Positions 25,787 through 38,974 of a stretch of 64,000 bases of DNA are shown in pieces. The position numbers were made by a program, and so were the translations under genes. Source of the stretch: Pristiophorus japonicus (Eukaryota); contig NC_091982.1 of assembly GCF_044704955.1 (NCBI RefSeq), forward strand, positions 157,294,001 through 157,358,000. The letters are read 5' to 3'. The stretch's first letter is position 1; the number at the start of each line of letters is the position of its first letter. Below the pieces are notes generated by a model. That model searched no databases. It worked only from the letters and a program-made list of their open reading frames with translations, and had not been told where the DNA came from.

Positions 25787-26815
25787 ATGACTTTACCCGA
25801 TGTTGAATGTACTTTTCATGTCCACTCCAACGACTCATCAACAAACTACACAAACGTCTCCAGTACGCTTGAGGAAATATACTTGCAATGGGTTCACGCT
25901 TTGATACAGGGCCAAAGCAGGCTCATCATCATCCCTGGAGCAATCTGCTTCTTTGCATCTTTGGTAGCCAGCCCGCTGATCCTGCTAGCCATTTTTACCA
26001 GCAGCCACCTCCGCCAAGAATCCAGATACCTGCTGCTCAGCAACACCTTGATCAGCGACTTCATTTACTCGGTGCTAAACTTTTGCATCCAGCTTTGCAA
26101 CATTTCCCAGCTGAACATTCCCAAGGTGGTGTGTGAATTGCTGCTTTTTACTCTAGCGACCACATGCTGCTGTGGGATAATGACAATCACAGCCATGGTG
26201 CTAGATACCTACTTAGCTGTTAACTGGCCTCTGCATTATATCACATTGTTTCCTCCCTCCAGGGCTGTTAGACTGGCCATCTTTATGTGGATCTTGGTTG
26301 CTTTGCCGCAGTTCATCATCACCGTAGTAATGCTAACAACCCAACAGTCTCCGTTTTGCGAGCTACAATTCTGTGAGATAGACTACATTTTCATGATCGT
26401 CCCGCACGGTGCAGTCCTCGCCCAGCTTTTTTATAGCTTCATCATTGTCCTGCTGCTGTCATGCTTGTGTTTGCTGCTGAGCTGCTATTTCATGTTGTAC
26501 TGGAAGACAAGGAATTCCGGGATATGGAACGGCTTTTCCTCCCGGGCGAGACTCACCTTTCTGATGCACTCTGTTGTCTTTGTTTTCTACTTTTGTTCAA
26601 TGTTGTTGTTGTTGATGGAAAGGATTTTGTATAATTGCAGCACGGTCAGGTTCGAGTCCACTATGTTCATAGCTCAGACCATGTCTAATATAATAATGAT
26701 GGCACCAAAGGCCCTGGCTCCCTACCTGTATGGAATGAGGTACAGAGAGTTAGCAAAGGTCATCAAATCTTTCATCTTTTTAAAAGACATCAATCAAGTG
26801 GAACCTATATGTTAA
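25787..26815 (+). CDS. GPR148-like orphan GPCR, paralogue C (single ORF, 342 aa)
   Basis: ATG with A at -3; 7 TM segments; LRQESRYLLLSNTLISD, VLDTYLAVNWPLHY, KTRNSGIWNGFSSRARLTFLMHSV, MAPKALAPYLYGMRYRE; sequons NDS, NYT, NVS. Confidence 0.92.
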   Translation: MTLPDVECTFHVHSNDSSTNYTNVSSTLEEIYLQWVHALIQGQSRLIIIPGAICFFASLVASPLILLAIFTSSHLRQESRYLLLSNTLISDFIYSVLNFCIQLCNISQLNIPKVVCELLLFTLATTCCCGIMTITAMVLDTYLAVNWPLHYITLFPPSRAVRLAIFMWILVALPQFIITVVMLTTQQSPFCELQFCEIDYIFMIVPHGAVLAQLFYSFIIVLLLSCLCLLLSCYFMLYWKTRNSGIWNGFSSRARLTFLMHSVVFVFYFCSMLLLLMERILYNCSTVRFESTMFIAQTMSNIIMMAPKALAPYLYGMRYRELAKVIKSFIFLKDINQVEPIC

Positions 26816-26899
26816 ACCTGCAAGGTCACAGTATTTGCATAACCCTCCCTCAGGGCTGTCAGAATGCATTTAAACAAAACTAGGATTATTACAAGTGTT

Positions 26900-27535
26900 A
26901 AAGAAAGAAATACTTGGATTTATATAGCGCCTTTCATGACCACCGGACGTCTCAAAGCGCTTTACAGCCAATAAAGTACTTTGAGTGTAGTCACTGTTTT
27001 AATGTGGGAAACGTGTTGTACAGTTATATGTGTCTCTCTTTCTCTGTTTTAAATGCACTGAAAGTAATTGATTATAAAGTATACCAGTTACACATTATAC
27101 AATATATTCACTGACTTGTATAATATACCAGTGAATGTGCCTCGGCTTTGCTCATAGTAAGTTAGAGTAAAAGAAGAAAGTACTTGCATTTCTATAACGC
27201 CTCTCACAATCTTAGGATGTCCCAAACATTTTACAGCCAACTAAATAATTTTGAAGTGTAGTCACTGTTATAATGTACGGAACCTTGATAGACAACTTGC
27301 GCGCAGCATGCTCCCACAAACACCAATGAAATAAATGACCAGATCATCTCTCTTAATTGTTGGTTGAGGGATAGATGTTGTCCAGGACACCGGCACAACT
27401 CTCCTGCTCTTCCAATAGTGTCTTGGGACCTTTTATGAGATGGCAGTCGAGTCCTCTGTTTAACATCTCATTTACTAAATGGCACCTCCGACAGTGCAGC
27501 ACTCCCTCAGTATTTCTCTGACGTGCCAGCCTTGG
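26900..27535 (-). mobile_element. Two L2-tailed SINE remnants (26900-27012, 27170-27535) downstream of gene C; related pieces at 8938-9042 and 63775-63835
   Basis: Shared AAAGAAAG..TTGCATTTATATAGC(G/A)CCTTTCA..CAAAGCGCTTTACAGCCAA..GTGTAGTCACT; GGCACCTCCGACAGTGCAGCACTCCCTCAGTA core. Confidence 0.6.
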
Positions 27536-28429
27536 AATAGGAATAGAATGAATTGTCATTAAGATGGGGAGAAGGATAAATTTGTAGAAGGCAGCACTTG
27601 GAAAGAGATTTGTAGGGATGTATTTAAGGTGAGATCATTTACTTATTTTTTCTTAGCATGGGGAAAAGTGTGGACTTATTAATTTAGATGAGGGAGGTTT
27701 ATTAATAGTGAGGCAGGGTCAGGGCAGACAGTAGCAGAAAGCAAGGCCAGAGGTCCAAAGTTAAAATTGTATTCAGGGCAGCAGGTTATAAGATTGTTTT
27801 TCAAATGTACCCAACATGGTGCAGCAAATAAATCGCTCATGCCAATAGCTCCTTGGCCTCGCTCCTCCTTAACTCTGTAACCTCCTCGACCCCTACAACC
27901 CACCGGGAACTTTGCAATCCTCCAATTCTGGCCGTCTATGCCTTAAGCTCTGGAGTTCCCTCCCTAAACCTCTCTGCCTCTCCACCTCCTCTAGGACGCT
28001 CCTTAAAACCTACCTCTTTGACCAAGTCCCTGTCCGAATGTCTCGTTCTTTCACTCGGTGCCAATTTTTGTCTGATTAAGTTCCCGTGAGGGATGTTTGA
28101 CTGCACTTAAATGCAAGTTGATGTAAGTTGTTGTTGTAAATGGAGAGAACGCTCAGGAAAGTTGGCAAAGGCAATGAGTGTGTAAAAGGAGGCAGAGTGT
28201 GTGGAGAGCAGCATTGGGGAAGGAGTGGGAGATAGCAAGTAAAACATTTAACAAAAAAAATTTAAGACTAGAAGGAAAAGCTAAAAACTTACTTGAACTT
28301 GGGCAAAGACACCGAGGTGCTCAGAATGCATCTGCTGGAATCATGCGGGCCTGGACCACCAGTCACTATCTCATATTATTATTGATAATAATGGGAACTC
28401 TGTTTGTTTGGCCTTCCAATACTATCAAT

Positions 28430-28903
28430 GAGAATACCTTCCTAAAACAAGAAACACAGCACAATAAATTAAAAAAAACACCTCCCATATTTAAATTCAT
28501 TGGATTGAATGTAATTAAACGTTTCAGAAAAATATACTTTTTTGAATTTTTTTACGAGGGTTAAAAATAAACTTGCATTAATGGACAGGGATTTAATACG
28601 AAAATGAGAGAAAAATTTAATTTAATCAATGTTTTAAAACTCTTATGCTGGTAAAGTAAGCTATACACCTGCTTTTGCAAGGTGTAAGAGTTTGAAGGAC
28701 ATTCGCTGGGCAAATAGCCCATTCTCTGCCCCACGGATGTCCTTCCTGCGGGGATGCATAGGGACTGCCTAAAGAAATTTTGACAGATCACAAAAGCCGG
28801 TTTTTAGTGCATGCGCATTGCGCGCCGAGAACCGGCTTTTGCGGGGTCTCTTCTGGTGCATGTGCACATCGTACACACCGGGAGAGGCCACAATTTTCGG
28901 CCC
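28430..28903. mobile_element. One-ended Harbinger-type non-autonomous element
   Basis: Right end CAATTTTCGGCCC; subterminal sequence similar to 35400-35781; left end not located. Confidence 0.5.
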
Positions 28904-29249
28904 ATTAAGTATAGGAAAACTCTGACTTCTCCGTTGCAAAGTCCCCGTACAGCTTCTTTGTTTTCCTGTGCTTCCAGCAACCACCACGGTCAAATATACA
29001 AGCCATCTGCTCATAACACAATTCCTGTGCTTGCACCTTGTATTAACACATAAAGTAAGTTTTTTAGATTTCAATGATGTGCTGCAATCTGTCACATTGT
29101 GTAATTACTGTTGTAATACTACTGCACTGTTTTGCAATGCTATTTTCAATGAATTACCACATTGTTGTGATACTCAGTCCTTGACAAAGTGACCTCGACT
29201 CAGTCCGTATATTATATTTAACTTAGCAAGTCTACTAAAAGTATGAAGT

Positions 29250-30310
29250 ACATAGAAACATAGAAAATAGGTGCAGGAGTAGGCCATTCGGCCCTTCGAG
29301 CCTGCACCATCATTAAATAAGATCATGGCTGATCATTCACCTCAGTTACCCTTTCCTGCTTTCTCTCCACACCCCTTGATCCCTTTAGCCGTCAGGGCCA
29401 TATCCAACTCTCTCTTGAATATATCTAACGAACTGGCATCAACAACTCGCTGCGGTAGAGAATTCCACAAGTTAACAACTCTCTAAGTGAAGAAGTTTTT
29501 CCTCCTAAATGGTCCTAAATGGCTTACTCCTTATCCTTAGACTGTGTCCCCTGGTTCTGGACTTCTCCAACATCGGGAACATTCTTCCTGCATCTAACCG
29601 GTCCAGTCCTGTCAGAATTTTATATGTTTCTATGAGATCCCCTCTCATTCTTATGTAAATATAGGCCCAGTCGATCCAGTCTCTCCTCATATATCAGCCC
29701 TGCTATCCCGGGAATCAGTCTGGTGCACCTTCGCTACACTCCCGCAAGAACGTCCTTCCTCAGATTAGGAGACCAAAACTGAACACAATATTCTAGGTGA
29801 GGCCTCACCAAGGCCCTGTATAACTGCAGTAAGACCTCCCTGCTCCTATAGTCAAATCCCCTAGCTATGAAGGCCAACATACCATTTGCCTTCTTCACCG
29901 CCTGCTGTACCTGCACGCCAACTTTCAATGACTGATGTACCATGACACCCAGGTCTCATTGCACCTCCCCTTTTCCTAATCTGCCGCCATTCAGATAATA
30001 TTCTGCCTGCCTGTTTTTGCCACCAAAGTGGATAACCTCACATTTATCCATATTACGCAGTATAATGTGGATAAATGTGAGGTTATCCACTTTGGCGGCA
30101 AAAACATGAAGACAGAATATTATCTGAATGGCGGCAGATTAGGAAAAGGGGAGGTGCAACGAGACCTGGGTGTCATGGTACATCAGTCATTGAAAGTTGG
30201 TGTGCAGGTACAGCAGGCTGTGAAGAAGGCAAATGGCATGTTTACCTTCATAGCTAGGGGATTTGGGGATTTGAGTATTGGAGCAGGGAGGTCTTAATGC
30301 AGTAGTACAG
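29250..30310. mobile_element. CR1 3' fragment (-, 29250-30055) joined head-to-head to a + copy of the same segment (30057-30310)
   Basis: Both halves encode ..VMVHQSLKVGVQVQQAVKKANGM.. in opposite orientation. Confidence 0.85.
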
Positions 30311-30479
30311 ATTAAATACAATGCATTTCAGTATAATTTTTCAATGGAAGTTCTTTTTAGCCCAACTATTTGTAAATAAGAAACAAGGTTCATTGTTAGC
30401 CACAGCTATCATCGTCTCAAGCCAACTACTCAGCTCAAGGCTTCTATAGCCAATACAAAGGCATACTGCAGACAGATAA

Positions 30480-31062
30480 TCCATACAGTCTGCGCGGCCC
30501 CAGGCCTGCGAGCACCATCGGAGCAGGCTGGGGAGCAGCAGGAGCAGCGTGGCGGCCTGGCCCAGCAGTCTGCACGGCCCCCGGCCTGCGAACACCATCG
30601 GAGAGGGACATCACCGAGATCCAGGTCAGTGATTGTAGCGTGGGCAGGTACAGCAGGAGTGGCGAGATCAGGGCGAAGGAGCGATGAGAGATTGTAAAGC
30701 GATGTGATTGGGGCCCGGGAGAGGTGTGAGTTCGGGGCCCGGAAGAGGCGAGGGCCCAGAGACAACACGGGCCAGCCCACACTGCGATGTGTGTGCGCAC
30801 TAGGTCCGTGCAGCAGAGCTGGTCTCCAGTCGTCTTGGTTAAACCTTGCCACTGGACCAAGACCTAGCTCTGTCAAGCCCGTGTGGTGGCTGGTGTGCAA
30901 CGGTCACCATACATTAAAAAATTCCACGAACAGGCATCTTCCGCCCTTCAAGATTTAGTTCAGGACCTGGAATTTTAGGCCCTTCATTGAAACACCTGTG
31001 AACTTTTTGACATGGAAGCAAGTCATCCTCGACTCGAGGGACTGCCTATGATGATGACGATG
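30480..31062 (+). mobile_element. SINE-like/non-autonomous retroelement with (ATG)n tail
   Basis: Ends GGAAGCAAGTCATCCTCGACTCGAGGGACTGCCTATGATGATGACGATG; the same terminus occurs antisense at about 8657-8705; GC-rich 5' duplication 30486-30600. Confidence 0.6.
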
Positions 31063-31253
31063 CTTGTGTTTTAGGATCAGACTTCCTGTACTACTTCATC
31101 TGGTGGTACCTGTTGACACGACAAGGGCCTCTGACATCTCGCAGGCAATTTTCAAGTAGTGCCCAAAACGGCAGCAAAGTGGCTCCACTTCCAACTCGTT
31201 TCTGCTGGCGTGAAGCCCGAACCTCATCGTCAGGCTGTCAGTGAGCTACAGGC

Positions 31254-34200
31254 ACATAAGAACATAAGAATTAGGAACAGGAGTAGGCCATCTAGCCCCT
31301 CGAGCCTGCTCCGCCATTCAACAAGATCATGGCTGATCTGGCCGTGGACTCAGCTCCACTTACCCGCCAGCTCCCCGTAACCCTTAATTCCCTTATTGGT
31401 TAAAAATCTATCGATCTGTGACTTGAATACATTCAATGAGCTAGCCTCAACTGCTTCCTTGGGCAGTGAATTCCACAGATTCACAACCCTCTGGGAGAAG
31501 AAATTCCTTCTCAACTCGGTTTTAAATTGGCTCCCCTGTATTTTGAGGCTGTGCCCCCTAGTTCTAGTCTCCCCGACCAGTGGAAACAACCTCTCTGCCT
31601 CTATCTTGTCTATCCCTTTCATGATTTTAAATGTTTCTATAAGATCACCCCTCATCCTTCTGAACTCCAACGAGTAAAGACCCAGTCTACTCAATCTATC
31701 ATCATAAGGTAACCCCCTCATCTCCAGAATCAGCCGAGTGAATCGTCTCTGTACCCCCTCCAAAGCTAGTATATCCTTCCTTAAGTAAGATGACCAAAAC
31801 TGCATGCAGTACTCGAGGTGCGGCCTCACCAATACCCTATACAGTTGCAGCAGGACCTTCCTGCTTTTGTACTCCATCCCTTTCGCAATGAAGGTCAACA
31901 TTCCATTCGCCTTCCTGATTACCTGCTGCACCTGCAAACTAACTTTTTGGGATTCATGCACAAAGACCCCCAGGTCCCTCTGCACCGCAGCATGTTGTAA
32001 TTTCTCCCCATTCAAATAATATTCCCTTTTCCTGTTTTTTTTCCCAAGGTGGATGACCTTACACTTTCCGACATTGTATTCCATCTGCCAATCCTTAGCC
32101 CATTCGCTTAACCTATCTAAATCTCTTTGCAGCCTCTCTATGTCCTCTACACAACCCGCTTTCCCACTAATCTTTGTGTCATCTGCAAATTTTGTTACAC
32201 TACACTCTGTCCCCTCTTCCAGGTCATCTATGTATATTGTAAACAGTTGTGGTCCCAGCACCAATCCCTGTGGCACACCACTAACCACCGATTTCCAACC
32301 CGAAAAGGACCCATTTATCCCGACTCTCTGCTTTCTGTTAGCCAGCCAATTCTCTCTCCATGCTAATACATTTCCTCTGACTCCACGTACCTTTATCTTC
32401 TGCAGTAACCTTTTGTGTGGCACCTTATCGAATGCCTTTTGGAAATCTAAATACACCACATCCATCGGTACACCTCTATCCACCATGCTCGTTATATCCT
32501 CAAATAATTCCAGTAAATTAGTTAAACATGATTTCCCCTTCATGAATCTATGTTGCGTCTGCTTGATTGCACTATTCCTATCCAGATGTCCCGCTATTTC
32601 TTCCTTAATGATAGTTTCAAGCATTTTCCCCACTACAGATATTAAACTAACCGGCCTATAGTTACCTGCCTTTTGTCTGCCCCCTTTTTTAAACAGAGGC
32701 GTTACATCAACTGCTTTCCAATCCACTGGTACCTCCCCAGAGTCCAGAGAATTTTGGTAGATTATAACGAATGCATCTGCTATAACTTCCGCCATCTCTT
32801 TTAATACCCTGGGATGCATTTCATCAGGACCAGGGGACTATTCTACCTTGAGCCCCATTAGCATGTCCAGCACTACCCCCCTAGTGATAGTGATTGTCTC
32901 AAGGTCCTCCCTTCCCACATTCCTGTGACCAGCAATTTTTGGCATGGTTTTTGTGTCTTCCACTGTGAAGACCGAAGCAAAATAATTGTTTAAGGTCTCG
33001 GCCATTTCCACATTTCCCATTATAAAATCCCCCTTCTCATCTTCTACGGGACCAACATTTACTTTAGTCACTCTTTTCCGTTTTATATATCTGTAAAAGC
33101 TTTTACTATCTGTTTTTATGTTTTGCGCAAGTTTACCTTCGTAATCTATCTTTCCTTTCTTTATTGCTTTTTTAGTTATTCTTTGCTGTTGTTTAAAATT
33201 TTCCCAATCTTCTAGTTTCCCACTAACCTTGGCCACCTTATATGCATTGGTCTTTAATTTGATACTCTCCTTTATTTCCTTCGTTATCCACGGCTGGTTA
33301 TGCCTTCTCTTACCGCCCTTCTTTTTCACTGGAATATATTTTTGTTCAGCACTATGAAAGAGCTCCTTAAAAGTCCTCCACTGTTCCTCAATTGTGCCAC
33401 CGTTTAGTCTGTGTTTCCAATCTACTTTAGCCAACTCCGCCCTCATCCCACTGTAGTCCCCTTTGTTTAAGCATAGTACGCTCGTTTTAGACACTACTTC
33501 CTCATCCTCAATCTGTATTACAAATTCAACCATACTGTGATCACTCATTCCGAGAGGATCTTTTACTAGGAGATCGTTTATTATTCCTGTCTCATTACAC
33601 AGGACCAGATCTAAGATAGCTTGCTCCCTTGTAGGTTCTGTAACATACTGTTCTAAGAAACAATCCCGTATGCATTCTATGAATTCCTCCTCCGGGCTAC
33701 CCCGTGCAATTTGATTTGACCAATCGATATGTAGGTTAAAATCCCCCATAACTACTGCCGTTCCTTTTTCACATGCCTCCATTATTCCCTTGATTATTGC
33801 CCGCCCCACCGTGAAGTTATTATTTGGGGGCCTATAAACTACGCCCACCAGTGACTTTTTCCCCTTTCTATCTCTAATCGCCACACACAATGATTCAACA
33901 TTTTGTTCATTAGAGCCAATATCGTCTCTCACAACTGCCCTGATATCATCCTTTATTAACAGAGCTACCCCACCTCCTTTCCTTTCTTGTCTATCTTTCC
34001 GAATTGTCAGATACCCCTGTATGTTTAATTCCCAGTCTTAGCCATCCTGCAACCACGTTTCTGTAATGGCCACCAAATCATACCCATTTGTAATGATTTG
34101 TGCCATCAACTCATTTACTTTATTTCGAATGCTGCGTGCGTTTAGGTAGAGTGTTTTAATACTAGTTTTTAAAACATAATTTTTAGTTTTGACCCCTTCT

Positions 34201-34795
34201 GCAGCCCCTTTATATTCAGTGGCCCTTTTTGTTTTTTGCCTTGGGTTTCTCTGCCCTCCACTTTTACTCATCTCCTTTCTGTCTTTTGCTTTTGTCTCCT
34301 TTTTGTTTCCCTCTGTCTCCCTGCATTGGTTCCCATCCCGCTGCCATATTAGTTTAACTCCTCCCCAACAGCACTGGCAAACACTTCCCCTTGGACATTG
34401 GTTCCGGTCCTGCCTAGGTGCAGACCATCCGGTTTGTACTGGTCCCACCTCCCCCAGAACCGGTTTCAATGCCCCAGGAATGTGAATCCCTCCCTGCTGC
34501 ACCACTGCTCAAGCCACCTATTCATCTGAGCTATCCTGCGATTCCTACTCTGACTAGCATGTGGCACTGATAGCAATCCCGAGATTACTACTTTTGAGGT
34601 CCTACATTTTAATTTAGCTCCTAGCTCCTTAAATTCGTCTCGTAGGACCTCATCCCTTTTCTTACCTATATCGTTGGTACCAATGTGTACCACGACAACT
34701 GGCTATTCACCCTCCCTTTTCAGAATGTCCTGCTCCGAGACATCCTTGACCCTTGCACCAGGGAGGCAACATACCATCCTGGAGTCTCGGTTGCG
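31254..34795 (-). mobile_element. Near-complete CR1 LINE: ORF1 SGNH-esterase-like remnant plus ORF2 (APE endonuclease + RT)
   Basis: VHIGTNDIG..KVVISGLL..WC..EGF (34466-34693); LNARSIRNK, TETWL, GDFN, SDH (EN); full RT motifs in 31350-32819; ORF2 broken only by in-frame stops at 34038-40 and 32838-40; (TTCTTATG)n tail. Confidence 0.95.
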
Positions 34796-34984
34796 GCTCC
34801 AACTGGGCACTGGGATACGACTTGCCTGTTCCGGGAGGGCAGGAATTTAGCTGGCTCCCACACCCGGCTGGCAGGTCGGGCCCAGGGAGAGGACGGGGGG
34901 TGGGCGGGGTACCGGTCCCGAATTGGTCAGCAGCAGGCCAGATGTTTTTGGGGCCTAGGAGGAGCACAAAGGAAAAAAATAAAA

Positions 34985-36106
34985 GCTTCTTATCTGAAGT
35001 AGGATATACTTGCCTTTGAGGTGATGCAACTAGATTAATTCCTGGGCTGAGAGGATTGTCCTATGAGGAAGGATTGAATAGATTGGGCCGATACTCTCTG
35101 GAATTTCGAAGAATTGGAGGTGATCTCATTGGAACATATAGGATATTGGCCCTGAATTTGCGGCCACACCCGCACTTTCGACCCACAAAATATTTCCGTA
35201 CTTACTTCCTGGCTCCACAGCAACGGAGAGTTTCCTCCTCGTACCGGCAGTAAAGGCCCATGGATCCCAGGGGCGCAGGCGGTTAGCAAGCATCCCTTGG
35301 AGCATGTGGGTCCGGTCAACCAATCAAAATGGGGATTCCTATGATACTTATGGAAATATCATTAACATCCCCATAAGCATATTAGAAATCCCCAAATAAA
35401 TAAGAATTCACACCACTTAAATAAAAATAAACATTCCCATGTTCAACATGAATTAAAAGACCCTTTAAAGACCATTTAAAATAAAAGTTTAATTTTTTGA
35501 AAAATAAATTTAACCATTTTAAAACAGGCCAAAATTTACCTTAGCTAATTTTAAATGTATGTGTATGTTTTAATCATTTTCAAAATGTATTTTAACATTT
35601 CTTTTAACCCTTGCACTGGTAAAAGCAGGCCAGATTGCTGGTTATGTTTGCCAGGCGTAAGGGTATCATGGGCATTTGCTGGGCAGTAGTTGGGTAAATA
35701 GCCCAACTCTGCACCAGCAAAATGTGACAGATCACAAGTTCTGGGTTTTCGCGCCTGTGAAACCACTGTAATTTCAGGCCCATCGAGGGGGATTGACAGG
35801 GCAGATGCTGAGAGGTTGTTTCCCCTAGAGTTTGGAACTAGGGGGCACAGTCTCAGGATAAGGGGCCGGCCTTTTAAGACTGAGATGAGAAGGAATTTCT
35901 TTGGAATTCTCTACCCCAAAGGGCTGTGGATGTCTTTGAATATATTCAAGGTTGAGAGAGATAGCTTTCTGAGCTGTAGGGAATCAAGGGAAATGGGGAT
36001 CGGGCGGGAAAGTAGAGTTGAGGTCAAAGATCAGCCATGATCTTACTAAATGGCGGAAGGGCCGTATAGCCTACTCCTGCTCCTCATTCTTATGTTATGT
36101 TCTTAC
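34985..36106 (+). mobile_element. CR1 3' fragment interrupted by MITE 35148-35781
   Basis: SYEEGLNRLGRYSLEFRRIGGDLIGTYRI resumes as GAGGGGGATTGACAGGGCAGATGC after the insert. Confidence 0.8.
35148..35781. mobile_element. Harbinger-type MITE
   Basis: TIRs GGCCCTGAATTTGCGG / CTGTAATTTCAGGCCC; flanks ATT/ATC. Confidence 0.72.
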
Positions 36107-36389
36107 GTTCCTGGGTCGTTCAGTGAGCAGCCTCCAGCCGTCCCATCGATATAAATGGGTGGAACAAGCTCAGCACACAGTCTGTCCATTTGTACCTGAT
36201 AATTGCAATTGGAGTCCCACAACCGGTGTAGTACTCCGATTTACACAGCTAAGCAGTCTCCCATCTGTTCCAGGCAGCCAGGATGCAGGCCCATTTTCAG
36301 GCCTACCAGAAAATTGGTCTATCTTCGGCATTAATGGGTCAGTAAGTTAATTCAGTACAGCATGGAAACGAGTCAAATGAACTCACAAA

Positions 36390-37050
36390 TAGCGTAACCA
36401 TCAACTTTGACCAGAAGCTCAACTGGAACAGCCACAGAACTGTCGTGGTTACTACAGAGGTTGAGTATTCTCTGGTGACTGGCTCTCATTCTCACTCCCT
36501 AAAGCCTCTCCACCACCTGCAAGGCACAAGTCAGGAGTGTGATGGAATACTCTCCAACTGCCTGGATGGGTGCAGCTCCAACAACACTCAAGAAATGCGA
36601 CACCATCCAGGACAAAGCAGTTTGTTTGATCAACACCCAATCGATCAGCTTAAGCATCCACGACCTCCGCCATTGGCACACCGTGGCTGCAGTGTGTTTC
36701 ATCTATAGGATGCACTGCAGCAACTCGCCAAGGCATCTTCAACAACACCTCCCAAACCTGTGACCTCCACCTTCTAGAAGGACAAGGGCAGCGGACGCAT
36801 GGGAACACCATCACCTCCACGTTCTTTTCTAAGTCACAACAATCCTGACTTGGACATATATTGTCGTTCCTTCATCGATCCTATGTTACAATCCTGGATT
36901 TCCCTATCTAACAGCACTGTGGGAGTACCTTTACCACACGAACTGCAGCGGTTCAAGAAGGCGGCTCACCACCACCACTCAAAGGCAATTAGGGATGAGC
37001 AATAAAATACCAGCCCTGCCAGCGATGCCCACATCACGAGAATGAATTTT
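36390..37050 (+). mobile_element. Non-CR1 LINE 3' fragment (RTE-X-like, clade tentative)
   Basis: MEYSPTAWMGAAPTTLKKCDTIQDKAVCLI; 3' UTR shared with 52372-52490 and 53908-54040. Confidence 0.65.
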
Positions 37051-37789
37051 TAGAAACTTACTTCAGCAGAACATGGAAAGGAAGTTAGGAACAGTGCACA
37101 ATCATTCAGAATAGTGTAGAAAATGAATTGAATCAGCTGGGAAGCTGACAAAGTGCTAAAGCTTCAATGGTGGCACAGGTTTCTAAAGAGCAGGTGGGGA
37201 GGTGGAGTCTAACAAGTAAACTAATAGAAAATAAAACTACCAGGAAAGTAGCGATTTGTGAAGAGTTGGAGTGAGAAGTATTTGAAAAATAAAGTAAAAC
37301 AGTGTTGACACTGAATCCAATGGGGAGAAAAGGCATGAGGAGATGGGGTGGCAGGGAACAGGTCCTGTAGCAGAACTCGTGGGGAGGAATTAAATCAGGG
37401 CGCAAGGAAGCAGTTTCAATCCAGCGCACAGATAAAGCAGGCACTATGGGGACATAATTTTAAAATTCATATTTATTTACCGACTGCTATGGAGATGAAG
37501 CTGAGCAGAGGAAACTGGAAGGGATTGAGCAGACTGTACAGCACCATGTGATGGTGTGACAGGGAGCTGTTATAGGTAAGTATAACACGTGAATGTTGAT
37601 ATTTTAACATTGGAATTTCCATTAGAAATGTTTATATAGCTATTTACAGTGAGTGCCATAAGTAAAAGCCAATCTTCTACGATCTTGCAGGCACCAGACT
37701 GGTGCGAAGAATAACACTTGCCCTACCTGACCACCACTGCCTTTAATTATCACTCTTCGGCCGAGGTGACAATGCCTCCTGTTGCTGCC

Positions 37790-38046
37790 TTTGTTTGACG
37801 CCTGGCGATGCAGCAGGGGGTGGGAGTGAATTTCACATCCGGGCGGTAACAGGGCGCTGTGCGCTTGATGATGTCACGATCTATGCATTAGCGAGCAAGG
37901 CGGGAAGTGTTAGTGCCAATGCAAAATCGCCAGGGAGGTTTGCGGGCATTGCTGAATTCGCCACACCCAGTTGGTAACCTCTTAGCATCCTGTTACTGCC
38001 GCCACATGCGCTAACGGGAAGCACAAAGCAGCCGAATTTCTCCCCC
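37790..38046. mobile_element. Harbinger-type terminal fragment
   Basis: Ends GCCGAATTTCTCCCCC; subterminal similarity to 63190-63250. Confidence 0.45.
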
Positions 38047-38974
38047 AATGTTTAAAGTAACTTTTTTCCAAATCCTTTCTGCAGAAAAACAGTCAAAAGA
38101 TCCCGAAACTTGCCAATTATATACCGTGTTCTTACTCAGCACTTAATATATACTGAGCCTTTATTATATATTTCTTGACTCAGTACCTAATATGTACTAG
38201 GCCTGTGTCTTTGTTATATAATATATTCCAACTTGGTACGCAGTATATATAATATATTCCGACTTGGTAACTGATAAATATTGACCATGTATTGTATAGT
38301 ATATCCTGACTCAGTATGTTTTGATCCTACATTATGTAACCTGTTGAGGCAATAGCAAGCTTATCATTTCCAAGTAAACAACTGTTGGTTGTCACAAGGT
38401 AAATTTGCAATAATTGTAACACAGATATCAATCATCCACATCACCATGCAACATTGATGTGGCGCACCTTTGCTACTTGCCCGGTAAAAAGAACATAGAA
38501 CGAAAACTATCCTTTGAAGTTCACAGTCTGTGCTACATAAAAAAGCAAACATCCTGAGGTGCTTTGAGGCTTTAATCAGATGATGTTCCTGAAGTTTTTC
38601 TCTCAGACATTGTAACATGATCCAAACCAATCATTTTGATTATGGCCTTGTGATCATTCCCATCTGTAAATTATTCCACATGGAATTATAAATGGAGCAT
38701 TTCAAAAAGGCAAAATTCTAAACCGTTCAAATCGATTCCCCAGAAAAAAGACAGCCAAAGAAAGCCTCCCTAATGAGACAGGGATCGAAATGCCACAGTG
38801 TAAAGTGAGGATAGAATCCATAGAATCTTACAGCACAGAAGGATGCCATTTGGACCATCTTTGAAAGAGCTACCTATTAGTCTCACTCCTTTGCTCTTTC
38901 CACTTGGGCCTGAATTTTTTCCTTTTCAAGTATATTTCCAATGTGACAGGAAGGTACAGAGTGTATACATATAA

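Noticed and set aside
30341-30958. Overlapping 85-156 aa ORFs in GC-rich sequence
   Set aside because: Lie in a SINE-like repeat whose tail recurs at about 8660; no domain motifs.
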